From Takakia lepidozioides (taxonomy: Eukaryota; Plantae; Bryophyta): DNA of 64,000 nucleotides. Numbering within the stretch: the stretch's first letter is position 1; each line of letters opens with the position of its first letter. Below the pieces are notes generated by a model. That model did not search any database. It had not been told where the DNA came from and worked only from the letters and a program-made list of their open reading frames with translations. The stretch covers positions 52,514,001 through 52,578,000 of the forward strand of contig CM060733.1 of the NCBI GenBank assembly GCA_030704615.1. The letters run 5' to 3'. Positions 1-13,460 of the stretch are shown piece after piece. The position numbers were made by a program, and so were the translations under genes.

Positions 1-109
1 TTCCCCGAAGCCTATATATCACAGCTGGCATGACAGACTTTGATAATCGCATAAATAGTACTCTAGCCGCCATGGCGTCGACCGTGCTACTGAAGGGTGA
101 ACGACTTAC

Positions 110-354
110 CTGCAAATGGGTAGTAGTCTGTCAGCGCTCTTGAGAGACTCTCGTTTAGTGTTTCATTGAACTGCTCCACAATGAAGTCTTCTTGAGCTTG
201 CGTCGAACAAGAGGAGGCATCTGAGGGGAGGTACAAGTTTGAACCAGGTGAGATCGAGGCTGGTAAGTGGGAACCGCTTGAACTCCCGGCTCTCGTGAGG
301 ACGTGGCGTGGGAACCACCGTGGTTTTTGATAGGACTGTCACTTCCACTGCCAT
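110..354 (-). pseudogene. BAHD acyltransferase (transferase family), first exon, frameshifted; gene continues beyond the window start
   Basis: ORF MAVEVTVLSKTTVVP...FPLTSLDL resembles a BAHD N-terminus. After a frame change near 195-200 the sequence reads QEDFIVEQFNETLNESLSRALTDYYPFAG, matching the conserved L..AL..YYPxAGR motif, followed by a GTAAGT donor at 109. Confidence 0.75.
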
Positions 355-1979
355 TTTAAATAATGTAGACTTGTTCAGTGCTGGGACTCTCGCTCCAGCG
401 CTCGAAAGTTTGCGGATCTAGAGAGCTAGGTGCAAGCTGGAAAGGAAGCCAGAGTCAAAGAGTAAGAAAATGATTGAAGAAAGTCAATGCCGATCGATCA
501 CGAGTCAGGAAGGAATAGCTAGTCTAGCTGGAATCCACGAACCTCAGGTGGAATGGATAGCATCAAGAATATCTTGAACAAAATCGAGTCCCACTCGGAA
601 GATAACTCCTTACCTAGAATTACAAATAGCAGATCGCAAGGTACTGGATTCGCACCTAACATAGTGAGCGCTATGAGCTGACTTCAGATGCACCCTCGCT
701 AGTTGCAAGCTGCGCAAACAACCGTTCTGCAATTCTGTCCAGAGTCACTCAGATTTTCCCTTCGACCACATTCAAATCGAGCTCAACGTCCGATGTCCAC
801 ACGAGGATCGTGGAGTTCAGCACGCATCTGTCAACCTTGGCCTCCTCACTCTAAAGACTTAACCCTCGCTGAAAACAATGAGTTGATCAACTAACTGGAA
901 CACCATAGGTGTGAATACATATACAACGTTTGTTATAGGGATAAGGAGAGCAAGACCACATGGGCCTTGTCGCTAACTGTAATGAAGCTATAATTACTGA
1001 TGCAAACGGTGGCCAACTACTATCTAGATTTAAGGAGCGGTGCATTAACGGCTCATAATTTTGTGTGGCCTCGTCGTTATGAGGCTAAGTCAGACGACCG
1101 TCATGCTATAGTTGTGTAGAGATATCTATACGATCTAGTTGACATATACTATCTATATGTAGACAACGATATAGTTGTGTAGTGATATGTATGCGCACAA
1201 CAAACGTGGTATGTGCCCATTACCACTCGGCTACATGCTGGTTGTCTATCCCCCAGGAAAGTACCTGATCAGCTAGCTGCCGGCCAAAGCGTAGAAACTG
1301 ATGCTCAACTAGTCCACTTTATAACTCAAGCTGATGGACTAATGAACGTGTAACATTATTGTCCCTCTTTCAAAGCTTCGATAGACGGCTCCTCAGGCAC
1401 ACACGGTAGATCAGTCATATTGTCAAACAGTCTAGCAGAGAGCCCCGTGTCATGCATGGGCACATAGTATATGGTCCTCAAGCAATTCTTAGAAAACCAA
1501 AAAAAGACACATAAAACTCAGCTAGAATACCTTCTGTTTTGCTTGATGGTTTCATCCGACTCATATTAAATTAACTCAAGGAGGATGCTCAAAATACTCC
1601 TGCAAAGCACCAGTTTTAACATAAGACTATTTTTTTCTGAAATCTGCCATGCATAACAGCAAGATTCTGTAGTTACTGGTGGCATACGCGCTACATCTGT
1701 TTAAAAACATGCACATTAACCATGACAGTTGTGTTGAATTTCATCGTGTATACGATGAATGATTCGCTGGACACATAGATGAATTAGTATGCCAGATCAT
1801 AGGACTCAAATTATTTCCCGCCTAACTGGCTATGGCATCTCTCTGATCTGGTGTAGTTAGATATATGCTTGTAAGTACTCTCTACCTTGTAACGTTGTAT
1901 GAGCATGTCGTTGCTCCGTTTCTTACAATAGCTGAATACCAAGTAAGAGGTGAAGGAAATCACCGTTGTGGAGAAATTC

Positions 1980-2640
1980 AATGGAGAAAATTATCATCTG
2001 TGAAAATCCCACATGCAGTTCATCTTCCAGGCCAGGGAGCTATGGTCAATCGGGGAAGGGACAGAGACGTTGAATGCAACAACAGACAAAGTTGCATGGG
2101 AGAAGCGTGATAAAGTGGCTGCGGTAAGTATCCTGCAATCCATCGACAGAGTTCATATGGAGCAGCTTATTAATTATACTACAATTGCTGAATGTGGGGA
2201 ACTCTAAGCATGATACACAACCAGACGCCAGAAGAGAACATTACACACTTGCAAGAGCAATTTTATAAGTGCAATATGCAAGAGCATGATATCATTGCTT
2301 CGTACACCAGTACCATCTCCGCTCTAAGAAGAAAGTTAAACGAAATCAATGTTTTTTTTTTTGGAAAAAGCGCAAGTAGCTAGAGTTTGGCAAAAAATAG
2401 CCATGCATTCTGTTCATCCATTGAAATTAGGACAGAATCATCCATGTCCGTACATAAATCCATTTATATCATCCATATTTGGCAAAATCATCCATAGTTT
2501 ATTTTTCATTTGGAGAAATTTGGCGATTCCATCCATGAAAAAATAAGAAATTTGCGACAAAATATTCCATTTGTTTTTCTGAGGTCGAAATTTGGCAAAA
2601 ATTCGCCAAGAAAAAAACGCTGAATGAAATAGGAGAACTT
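1980..2640 (+). mobile_element. Ty1/copia gag fragment, decayed and interrupted by a hAT MITE
   Basis: MQFIFQARELWSI...WEKRDKVA...MWGTLSMIHNQ...LQEQFYKCNMQEHD...LNEI(GE) is a copia gag pattern, with a frameshift near 2192. Confidence 0.75.
2347..2622. mobile_element. hAT-type MITE, family A
   Basis: TIRs caatgtttt / aaaacgctg (CAGTGTTT consensus); 8-bp TSD aacgaaat / aatgaaat; homologous to 6476-6757 in the opposite orientation. Confidence 0.8.
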
Positions 2641-3290
2641 CCACTGCTTCCACTGCTTCCACTGTCTGCATCAACATGCTCTTAAGCGATTCCCAAATCA
2701 ACAACCAACTCAACGGATGTCTCGGTCGCCTGTGAAACAAAGTCTGGTGTAGGTGCCGTAGGTCCTTGCAATACCTGTTGTGTTGACCCCTGCTAGGGTA
2801 CATCTTCAATGAGATATAAAATTTGCATCGGTTGTTGTTGTGATACTGCAACTTCTATATAGACATGTGTGTCCTCATGAAAGATAACATCTCTACTGAT
2901 AATAACCTTCTTCTTCACTCTGTCCCAGGGGCGGTATGCTTCGCTTTCAGCACTGTATCCAAGAAAAGTACATTCGCTGCTCTTAGAGTCCAATTTGCTT
3001 CGAAGTTGCTTTGGAATGTGCACATAAGCATCACTTTCAAAAACACGCAAGTGTGCTACATCAGGAGTTGCACCATGCTTGTAACGGAGTCATTCCCTCT
3101 AGGGTTCGTGAGCCAGTTCGGTTAAGAACATAAACTGCAGTTTGAACAGCCTCTCCCCAAAATTTCAAAGAAATGTTTCGACCATGAATCATGCACCTAA
3201 AGGCTAACACGCTCAATAAGTGTCATATTCTCTCTCTCTGCTACTCCACTTTGCTCGGGAGTATAGGATGCCTGATACTTCTGCGATACA
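2640..3290 (-). mobile_element. Ty1/copia integrase C-terminal fragment
   Basis: YTPEQSGVAERENMTLIE and RVFESDAYVHIPKQLRSKLDSKSSECTFLGYS...ISRDVIFHE are copia integrase and downstream SH3-like motifs. Confidence 0.85.
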
Positions 3291-4329
3291 ATAAGAATAT
3301 CATGCAAGATCATTATAGTCCATCATCCAACTCTGTACCTTCAGTGACCGTAAATCTGTGATCACCTAGCTCCATGTCTCCAAGTTTCAGCTTTGTTGCA
3401 ATTCCACTTCAACTATGTCTCCAAGGTAGACTGTATTGCCCAATTAATTGCAGACTCATATCCCTTTTGTGATAAACAAAATGGGGAGGGGCATTTATGT
3501 AGGCAATTGAAATGGCCATGGTTCCCTGAGTTTGGTACATTGTAGTTTCTTCTTAAAGCATTGAGGGCAATTCCTTCCTTATTATTTCTGATTGTCAACC
3601 AGGTGTTGTTTGCTTATTAAACTTCATTTATTTGTTCAAACTACATAAAACTAAGGTGTGCAACAATTTGAAGAGTTTTGCAATTCCTGGTTGCTAAACC
3701 TGTAATTCCAAAGGTGAATATTGTTGAGGAGGTGGGTTGGAGACTGTGTTTGTGATGGCCAAGGTTGATCTCCTTGTCTGCATTGTTTCCTCATTCATTA
3801 GAAAGCGATGGTATTCATTGCTTCCTTGTGCGTAGCTGTAATATGACCGTTGCAAAGATACGTGGGTTTTAGGATGGTGGCAGTATCATGGCCGCTTAAA
3901 GCCTTGCATGGCTGGGATCCTTTGGTATTTGGCTACCGTCTCATGTTAGGGCATGGGGCCAAGGATGTTACCCCGGGGTCTTAGTATAAGTTGGTTGAAA
4001 ACCTAGGGTTCGGGGTCTTTTGGGAGACATCTATGTACAGCTAGGTATTCAATAAAGGTGTACAATAAAGGTGTACATGGTGTGGATGTGTCGTGGATGT
4101 TCTGTGCATGTTATGTTCGTGATCTCTTGTTGATTCCTCCTCGTCGTGTGCCTCTGCTGCACTGCATGCAAACTCCCGTTCTTCTAGAGCTAACTTACCC
4201 CTGAATCTGGTTGAGCCGCGTGAGGACAGGAGAATGTCATCCGGGCTCAAAACAAGCCTTCACATGCTTGAGGGTACTTGGACGGGTAAATATGGCAGAC
4301 GCTCATGAATATGGCTTTTGGATTGGACC

Positions 4330-4935
4330 AAACTTCATATAAGGATTGACTAGGTAGTGTGGTCTGTCGGTGAACACATTTTATACCATCAGATTATATT
4401 CCAGAAAACCCAATTTACTTAATTTCACGACTTTCTAGTGACAAAAAATACTTCAAATTCAGTATCTCCAACACCAAAGTCCAAAAAGTGTGAAACCACC
4501 TTGATGCACCCCCTACTCATTGAGGGTTTTCCAACGACATCAAGACCACGGGCGGAGGCTTTGCGGGCTGGGATATTTCAATGATGCTACAAACAAAACA
4601 AACTACCAAACTTCATGTACTGATTGACTAGCCATCGAGTGCATATTATATCATCACTTTATATTCCTAAAAAAACCCAATTTGCTATTTTCATGAATTT
4701 TAAATGACAAAAAGTACTTCAAATTCATTATCTCCCACACCGTAGGTCCAAAAAATGTTAAACTACCTTGATGCACCCCTACTCATCGAGGGCTTCATGC
4801 GGTATCAAGACCACAAGCGGAGGCTTTGTGGTTCGGGAGCTCTCAACGACGCTACAAAACAAAACAATATCTCACTTAATATGTAGAGTATGGTGCCGTT
4901 GGCCAAGTATCTAGTGTCATCTAGGTCCAAGTGCG
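4330..4935 (-). mobile_element. Short tandem array of diverged non-autonomous Helitron-like units
   Basis: The reverse complement matches the 42176-45499 units (gaaa.ccctc.a..ag.aggggtgca core), with CTAG|TCAATC junctions near 4350 and 4630. Confidence 0.6.
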
Positions 4936-6475
4936 TTTAGGGGTTAATACTGGGAAACGGTGGATATTAAAAAAAAGTTAATATTCGCCGAGGTTGGGTA
5001 GCGTATGAGCATGCTCACGCCTGCAGGCGTGAGCACAAAGGTATATTCCGAATATTCCAAAAGATTTTGGAGAATATGCGATCGCGAAACCAAAATGCGC
5101 TCTCGCAGTAAGAAATACGAAACTATCTGAAAATCGTGCTCGCATGAAAAAATTTACGAAATTAATCGTCCAAAGCTTGACTCGCGTGAGCACAAAGACC
5201 CACAAATACATCTGCCAGAACTCAAAGATCAGCACACGTAAATAATTTGGGAACATTGTGTATAGAACATCCGCAAGAACCACCCAAAAAATGGGTTTCG
5301 CCAGCGAAATGCAGACGGTTCTTACCGGCTAGCGAACCTTGGATTTTCAAATTGGGTTTTGTTTTTTTTCTTAAGGTTTCTCCCTTTCAAGCTCCTCCTA
5401 TATGTTTAAGATTATATTTAGACACCATGGAGACCCTACGAAGAAAGACCCTATGCCCATCTATTATATGTATTTCTGCTGACATACATATCATCCATAT
5501 AACCGTGGATCCTGCTCACACGGCGATTTTTTTGTGCTCACGCCATACCAATCCCCATATTCGCCCAACACTGGTACTTCCGTACTTACCCTAAATTGGG
5601 CCCAAAAAGACTAGGCAGACCCTGTCCAAGGCTGGCTATTTTACGTACGGTGGGGGTAAGCCGATATCGAAATCTACTCGGGGCTGCCCTATAGTGTCAC
5701 CCTCACTGTCATTTAAGTTATAACAAAACTTGCTTTGACCAGGTATGTTCGTTGTCAGTAAAGTAAAGTTTGTTTTTACTTGAGCCGGTAGCCCAGTGGT
5801 TGGGTGTTTGGGTTTGATCCTTCAACATGTGCCTTCAGACCGTCCATTGGGCCCTCGGTGGCCTGTGTGTTGAGCGGTAGGCTCTGTAAATTCACTGGAT
5901 GTTAAAGAAACTTTATCTTTATCTTATATTTTTAGTGATAATTACAGGCCTACTGTTCATTGTCGATAAATAAGACAGTTTTAAATAATAATAATAATAA
6001 TAGAGAACAGTGGGATTGTAGCCCTGAAAAACTTTATTTATAGTAAGGAAAAAATAACCTTACAAAGCCATAAGGCAGAGGAAAGAGGTTCCACTTTCAA
6101 GACAGTTCAATTGCAAGATACCTGGGATAAGAGATTTGACTTACAGAATTATTTGATTTGTCCATGAAGGAAGATAAATATAAAGATAAATATTATCATT
6201 CGCATGTATAGTAAGAGAGGAAATTACACATATTCGCATTCATATGTATAATGAGATGTAAATTATTAAAAAATATTAACATAAAAAATATTTGCATAGA
6301 GGAGGATGAAGAGACCCGTCCTTCAAGAGGCATCATCATTTCATTTTCTTTTATATGTAGGATAAGAGATATAGTCCTACGAATAAATTTTTACTGTAGA
6401 GTCAGACAGGAGTAATTTTCGTATCTTGGACTTTATCTCCGTTCCGAGAGGTTTGGCTCTGATCAGAGTGTATGT

Positions 6476-6757
6476 CAGTGTTTTTATTTCTGGCGAAATT
6501 TCGCACTTTTCCGACCTCAAAAAAACAAAATCGAATATTCTGTCGTAAATTCCCTATTTTCTCATGGATGAAATCGCCAAAATTCTCAAAAAACAATTCT
6601 TGGATGAATTTGCCTAATATGGATGATATACATGGATGAAAGTACGTAGGAGGATGATTCTGTCCAAATTTCAGTGGATGAGCAGAAAATATGGCTATTT
6701 CCTGCAAAACTCAGTAGCCACTCTTGTTCTTTTCCAAATTTGAAAAAAAAAACACTG
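6476..6757. mobile_element. hAT-type MITE, family A
   Basis: TIRs cagtgttttt / aaaaacactg; 8-bp TSD gtgtatgt / gtgtgtgt. Confidence 0.85.
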
Positions 6758-7622
6758 GTGTGTGTACCTCATGGTGTAACCGGGTTTTTAATTTTTTCCC
6801 CATCAAATAATTTATAACAAGCGGCTAGTCGCGTAATGGCTCCACCCTAAAACTCTGAAGTTGAAAATTTCCCAAAAATATTGTATTAAAATATTTCATA
6901 TCGCACATCACATATTCGATTTTATTTTATTCTTATTCTTTTTGTAAGGACATTGGCCGTTTACTTTATATTCGAATTATATGTCAAACATGTTCTGCAT
7001 AAGAGGGAAATTCAATACCAACGCTGCATGTGGTGTCTAGGGAATTCCGAAAAGGCCTCGATGTGAAATGAATCGCAATTCACTTGATCACCCCCCTAAA
7101 AGTGCGCAATTCAATTGAACTGCTAAAACTAGCTTGAAAACAACCCTAATTTGCAATTCAATTGAATTGTCGGCACACAATTCAATTGAATTGTAATCTA
7201 TAATTTTTAACTTACTTCTGTATATAACGTATATAATGTATATATATGTACATATTCAGATTATACATATATGCATATGAAAGTATAAGCTGAAAGTCTA
7301 TCTATCCTTTGCCCATGGTAAGGCCTGAGCACGAGAGTTGTAAAGCCTAAGGGAGAGCGAGTGAAGGAGAGAGAGAGGAAGTCCCAAGCGCTTGCCCTAA
7401 AAGCGGGATTGTCCCTCTTTGTGGATGTTGGATGGCTCCTTCTTGAGTAGTCCACCTTGTTCATATTGCCAAGCACTTATTGTGCCAATATATGGCTATG
7501 TACATATACCAAACATGATATAAAGTCGGGGATAGAGGTCCTGGCACAACTTTATTGTGTGCATTAAATATTGATGTAGGATATTACAAAACTGATCTTC
7601 GAATTTACTAGTTATTAAAATA

Positions 7623-8380
7623 TTAGCTATCCTTCCACAAGGAATCATAGATAATCTGGAGCTTCAAATCCGGTCCTCTTGGATGAATCTGGACCCCACA
7701 CTCTATCCCCGCTCCTTCAGAACGGCGTGAAGTTCTTCGAGCAAACACCCCAACCCTACTTATTACAGTAGAGTCCAATTCTAAAATTACATCTGCTTTT
7801 CTATAATCCATTAGGCATGCACATTTTTGTCTCCATTGTCCCACCATTGATTGGGGTCGGAGAAGTGTTCATTCCAAAGCTTCTCTTCATCTCTGTTATT
7901 TGTTTTTGGGTTCTTTCCTGCTGCCACATCGGCAGCAACTTGTCAAAGTCACTCCAAACCACCACAGATGCACCCAACGAGCTACTTATAGAATTCAATA
8001 TGCACATTCAGGGCCGAATCGGATGAGAGGGCAAAACAGGTTGAAATAGGTCGAAGAAGAAGGTGCCCTCACCACATTGTCCTTGACCTTGTGTCATGAC
8101 CCATGGAGGATTTGACCGTAATCACTAGAGATTGAGGGCTGTTGTCCACTTCCTTGAGAAACTCCTCTACCCAAGGAACCTGGAACTCGGTGGTAGGCAT
8201 GCTGCTAGTATCCAACACCTTGAGACCATGTTTGTAAATGGAAGAGGTGCCCACACCATTACAACCAATGGCCATCACCTCTTCCACGCAGCCTAGCACC
8301 TCCCCTGTATCCTTGAGCACCACCCTCCAACCTTCCACGTTCCACTTGGTGTCACATACTCCAGCTGTTCTCATACACAA
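7623..8380 (-). pseudogene. Decayed gene fragment: RimM-like PRC barrel followed by an OSB-type PDF ssDNA-binding motif
   Basis: VEGWRVVLKDTGEVLGCVEEV...QVPWVEEFLKEVD resembles the RimM C-terminal PRC barrel. EEKLWNEHFSDPNQWWDNGDKN spliced (GT 7822, AG 7689) to IHPRGPDLKLQIIYDSLWKDS resembles the OSB PDF motif. Confidence 0.5.
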
Positions 8381-9894
8381 TCCACGGTGAACAACTCAAG
8401 GTCGAATAACCACCACTGACTGTCATCTAGCAAGAGTCCACACTTGGGTTCTTCGCCTGCTTTACCAGAAATGTAAGGTTCTCATTGTGTACCGTTGCCT
8501 TAAGACCACCGCAAGAAGACAAGAACACTAACAAAATCAGAACGAGTGGATCTTCCAGCTCTCCAGGCTAGATTTAGCGAGTATCTTCTTTCGACCTAAA
8601 TTTTAACTTTGGATATGTTGTTCGATGGGCAATGAAGTGTGCAAATCGGAACACTAATTAGAGCAGGTGGGATAGAAAGCTCCCTCATTAAATGTGACCA
8701 ACCTAGTGGACGTTCTTTCCAGCTTGCTCATTTGGAAGAGCATTTCCTGCTCACTTGCACTGGCCCTCTGTACATAGTCTTTATTTCTGCCACAAGTCTC
8801 TTATGCCTCTGTACGCCTCCATCTATCATTCAATACCTACCCTAGAAGTAAAGATGAAGACCTTTCAATTATGACTGAATCATTTGGTTGTCCTACCAAT
8901 GGTCCAATTTTGCTTGTTAGTTATTTTTTAGTTAGTTGCTAAGGAGCTTGTTTGAGAGATGAGCAAGCTTTGTGGAAGCAATTTGTTTAGTGAAGTCCTA
9001 GTTTGTTTGTGGCTTAAAGCTTAGCCTAGATTCATTGGGCAAGCTTGGAAGAGACAACTAATGGAGCTTAGGAAGACTAGAGATATTCTAGGTGCCTAAG
9101 TTTGTGAGGCAAAGTGTCATTTATGCTTTGAAAAAAAAGAGTTTTTCCCTAAAAATGAGTGGTGTTTCACTTCGGGATGTGGTGAGCCCCTACAGAGAGA
9201 AGAGGAGGTAGGAAACAACAAACCCCATAAGAGAGGTGAGCTTCTACCCCTTCCCCTAGGTTTTGGTATACCACTTAGCAAGGGAAAACACTCTAGAGTG
9301 AAGAGAAATGCCTCTTGTTCCTTTGTTCATTTGCTTTGCTTTGTTTGTTTTGTGTTTTGTTTGTTGAAGGTCCTTGTACTAACCCTTGTCTAGCTGTCCT
9401 ACTAACCAAAAAGGTGGTGGAGCTTGGGGAAAGGGTAGTACTAACCTGCTTAGTGGCCAAGAGGCCCAAGGTTTTGTTTTTGCTTTGTTTTGTGAAGTTG
9501 AGAGATACTAACTTGTAAGGCCTCTAACCAAGCTAGCTAGAGGGTTGCTAACAAGGTGGGGAATCTTCTCTTTTGTTCCTTGGCCATTAGGCCCTTCAAC
9601 CAAGGGGTGTGAGGGAAGCTAACCAAGGGATCCTTGATTAGATGCTTGCATTTCCATTGTTGCATTTTTTTTCTTTGTTTTTTTTTGTGAAGCAAGATGA
9701 ATGAGTGAAGCTCAGTGTACTAAGCACCACACTTGCTATTCACTTGTCTCTTTGTTAAGCATATCAGCCCCCATGTAGGGGAGAAGTAAGGTGGAAGAGC
9801 TAGCATAACTAATTTACAGATAAAAAATCTAATCTAAAATGGACTCCCTAGCTTGGTATCTAGCTATGAACCAAGGGTTAGCTATGGTTCATAG

Positions 9895-10366
9895 CACTGT
9901 TGGACTGGTATCAAGTTTTTTACATACCAGACTCGTCCTAGTACCAGGCGTATCACAAAACTTTTATACCACTCTGGTCTATATAATGGTGGATGTATTT
10001 TTTTCCACATACTGGTATGAATATGAGTATCATGACCACAATACCAGCTGGTATGAGATATCAACTCTGGTATCATTCCAAAGCCATCTTGAGTTACAAA
10101 TGTGTCAAATGGCAAGTATCAAGTGAAAACAAATAAAATATACATAAAGAAATAAATATACTTAAGTACAAATATATAGGCAGATGTACACATAAATTAC
10201 TTCAGTATACATACCAGAGTAAATTAGGAAGAAGGTGGGGGAGTACTGGTATTGTGGCTGGTATGAAAGAACTGATACCAGCCTGGTCTGGTATATGACC
10301 AAGTACCCTTTGGTCTGGTATCTAATACCAGTGCATATACCAGTATTATATACCAGTCCAACACTG
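9895..10366. mobile_element. hAT-type MITE, family B
   Basis: TIRs cactgttggactggtat / ataccagtccaacactg; perfect 8-bp TSD GTTCATAG; internal taccag/ctggta repeats. Confidence 0.85.
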
Positions 10367-10479
10367 GTTCATAGCTAGCTTGGTTCATAGCTTGGTATCT
10401 AATTTCAAATGGACTCCCTACCATAGCTAACCCTTGGGGAAGGTAGGGTGCTAACCCCAGTGGGGTTAGCCTTGTGTTT

Positions 10480-13460
10480 TCTTAGGTGAAGGCCAAAGGC
10501 CATGGAACCACGAAGTTGAGTATTTACGGGGTTAGCAAATCTATCTACATGATGGGGACCCCATCTAGATTCGATCAAAGCAAAATTATTGGGGGAGAGA
10601 GAAAAATTATCGAAGTCTCTAATTTTTGAAAAGTAATCAGCCCATTCGTTTTCAGATCTAGGGATCCACTGGGGTTTTAGTCTAATAGAGTGTTCAAAAC
10701 AAGAAAGAAAAACTTGAAAACATAAATTATGTAGATGTAAATGGCGAGAGCCTCTGGACGAAAAAATGTTAACGAGTCACTCCTAGCCACTACAGAAGAT
10801 TGTGAAAGCAGATGACCATGAGCATCTAAAAATGAGAAAAGCGCAAATAATTCTCGCCAAGTGGACGAGGTTGAAGCATGAGATTGTTCAAAACTAAAGG
10901 ACCCGTGAAAATGGAGTGGCTCAGAATTATGTGGATCTTGAAACCACGCCCCCCAACTGGTGGTGCTTGCATCATAGATAATATTCTTTTGCGCACACTA
11001 ATAGGCCAGATTGTAGTTGAGTTTAAAATGTCAAAAAGAGAAACCCAAGTGGAGAGTTCAGTCCGAGCCAACTCTGATAAAGTAATGAAACCCTGCCAAC
11101 CTGATCTAGTCAACAAATCTGTATGAAGGTGGAAGGTCAATAATCTACAAAGGGGTCCTAGAACTAATGCCATAGAAGATAACATGCCTAGGACAGAAGC
11201 TAAAAGTCTGGAAAAGTTTAAGACATCTTTGGATAACATTAATTAATTTATCTTGACGAGTTTTTGTAATTGAGAAGCGACCAAAAGGAGTTGAAGTATC
11301 TAGAGTGGAACGCAAAAAGTTTGTTTGGTGATAGCACTGCAACTGACATTTATCCCATGCCACTAAAAAACCAGCTGATCGGAGATCCAAAAAAATCTGA
11401 TATCTAGTAGAATAAAATTCAGAAGTTAACTGGCAGGTGAAAAGAAAATCATCTAGGTACGGGATGCACCGGAAGCCGTGAGAACGCCATAACCGAACCA
11501 TTTGTCTCATGGTTTTTGTAAAGACATAACATGCGGTAGCTAACCCGAAAGGCAGCAAGCAGAATGTATTGTAGATACCCCTAAATTCAAAAACCGAGAT
11601 AGGTCCAATAAGCGGGGTGGATGTCAATATGATGGTAACCAGACTTAAGAGCAAAGGTAAAAATATAGTCATTGACGTGACAAATGGATTTTACTGAGGT
11701 AATGTGTTCAAAACGGAAGGTCTATATAAAAAGAAATGAGTTGAGAACTCTAAGGTCAAGAATCAACCGAAATTTTCTATTGGCCTTGGGCACAATTCCA
11801 AGAGGTGAAAGAAAGATTTAAGGGGAGAGACCACGGCAACACCAGTTGAAACTAAAGTTGCGAAGAAAATTTAAAAACTGGGGCATGGTTCTTGCCAATC
11901 CATGGGTGAGTATTTGGCCTTAAAAGCCATGGTAATTGATAGCCACCCAAAATCCAAGTGAGGACAAGCATCGAACTCCAAAAAGTTCTCTAGAAAGGGA
12001 GAGCGTTCCTGAGGCAGTGACACACTTGTGAGCCTTGAGCTGAAAAGCTAGAATCAAATTCAGACTTAAAAGAAGTTAGATCTGCAGTATATAGATTAAA
12101 AACATCATTAGGTGAGGAGGATAGAGTCTGGATTGTCTAGAAAAGTTTTTTTTTGTATTTAACTAAGTCGATCGACAGTTACACTAGAAAAAGAACTATA
12201 TAGATACTACGTTAAACACCTACGGTCTTGTCGGATGGTAGTCCATCGATTGACAGCTACACTTTAAAAAAAAAAACTTTATAGATACTACGTTAAACAC
12301 CTGCGGTCTTGCCTGCTGGAAAACATTTACAGGAGTTATTGCCCAAATACCATTATGCCCCACATAAGGTCCCTGTGGAATATTTTCCCCACACACAGGT
12401 GTTGTAGGTGTGCCAACTTGATTCGCAAAAATGCACATGGAGGCTTTATGACTCCAGGCTTTATGGCTCCAGGTCCCAGGCTTATGGCTCCAGGCTTATG
12501 GCTTTATGGCTTTATGCTCCAGGTCCCACAAAATCAAGCAATTTCCCTGGAAACTCTGAGAGAAATTCTGATTTAGACGTCCTTGATGTCTAGAATAAAA
12601 TTCTTGTCATCTCCAAGGACCTGGGAATGAAAGTTTTTCTCTTTTTTCCATTTCACTTTCTGCAGCGTCCTTTGCAAGCTTTCTAGATTTTCAAAGCTTG
12701 CGCTCATCATCCAAATTGTCTATGGTACTTTCCTGTTCAAAAAATGTTGCAACCTTGTAACCCTCTTGGTCACAGATACGAATCAGTAGCTTGTGATTGG
12801 TAAGTAAATTCTTACCTTCGTCAATGATGTGGTAAGTTTCTCGCTGGTTGATCCTTGGGGAGAGAGCTTTTTTAGAACAACATCAAGATTATCTTCTGTG
12901 TCATGAAGGACCTCAGGAGTCTTCTTGTTGTTTTCGTGTTGGAGAGGCTACTCACGTGCACAACGATTCTTCCGCTCCATTTCTCTTTCCATCTGCTGGA
13001 TCTTCATTTGCAGGCTTGCATTTGCCTGATCCTGAGTTTGGACCATGTTAGATAAGGCCTTGAAGTGAGTCGTAGCCCATGCAGGTGCCCCAACATCTTG
13101 CGTACCGGGCCTAGCACATAGTGTTGGATCAATAGGGTGTGAGGGTTGGCCATCGTCATCTGAAACATCTTCATCTAAGTGCATGTGTTGGCTGCCAGTG
13201 GGAGGTCCAGTGTGGTCGTGGGATTGGGCCTCCAACGATTTGCTCTGGTGTGACATCTCATGAGCGAGCCTTGTGACATGATTAAGCTCAAAAAGCAATC
13301 GCACGGAAGATGGGCGACCTTCATCATATGCCTGACCTTTGTTGCGGGACTCCCTTGCCCTTCGTGTTGGGGGGGTGACTCCTCTAAGGTGGGGGCCCAC
13401 ACAAGCTTCTCACTATGAGCAACTAGATTTGATAATAAGTCAAGGTAGCGAGGAGGCACA
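10480..13460 (-). mobile_element. DIRS-like (tyrosine-recombinase class) retrotransposon, decayed: gag, RT, RNase H and N6-adenine MTase-like remnant
   Basis: gag: GKNLLTNHKLLIRICDQEGYKVATFFEQ...DDERKL (~12680-12820). RT: KFRLILDLRVLN, LKSGYHHIDI, LPFGL, YLDDFL. RNase H: DAS..WGA, SSTWREL, WIPRSENEWADYFSK. MT start: WGPHHVDRFA. Many stops and frameshifts; no YR domain seen. Confidence 0.85.
12442..12528 (+). repeat. Short tandem repeat (ggcttatggctcca-like units) within the DIRS gag region
   Basis: About five imperfect ggct(t)tatg(g/a)ctccag units are directly visible. Confidence 0.7.

Noticed and set aside
3966-4252. Possible solo LTR (TGTTAC...AACA with AATAAA)
   Set aside because: No matching TSD or second copy in the window.
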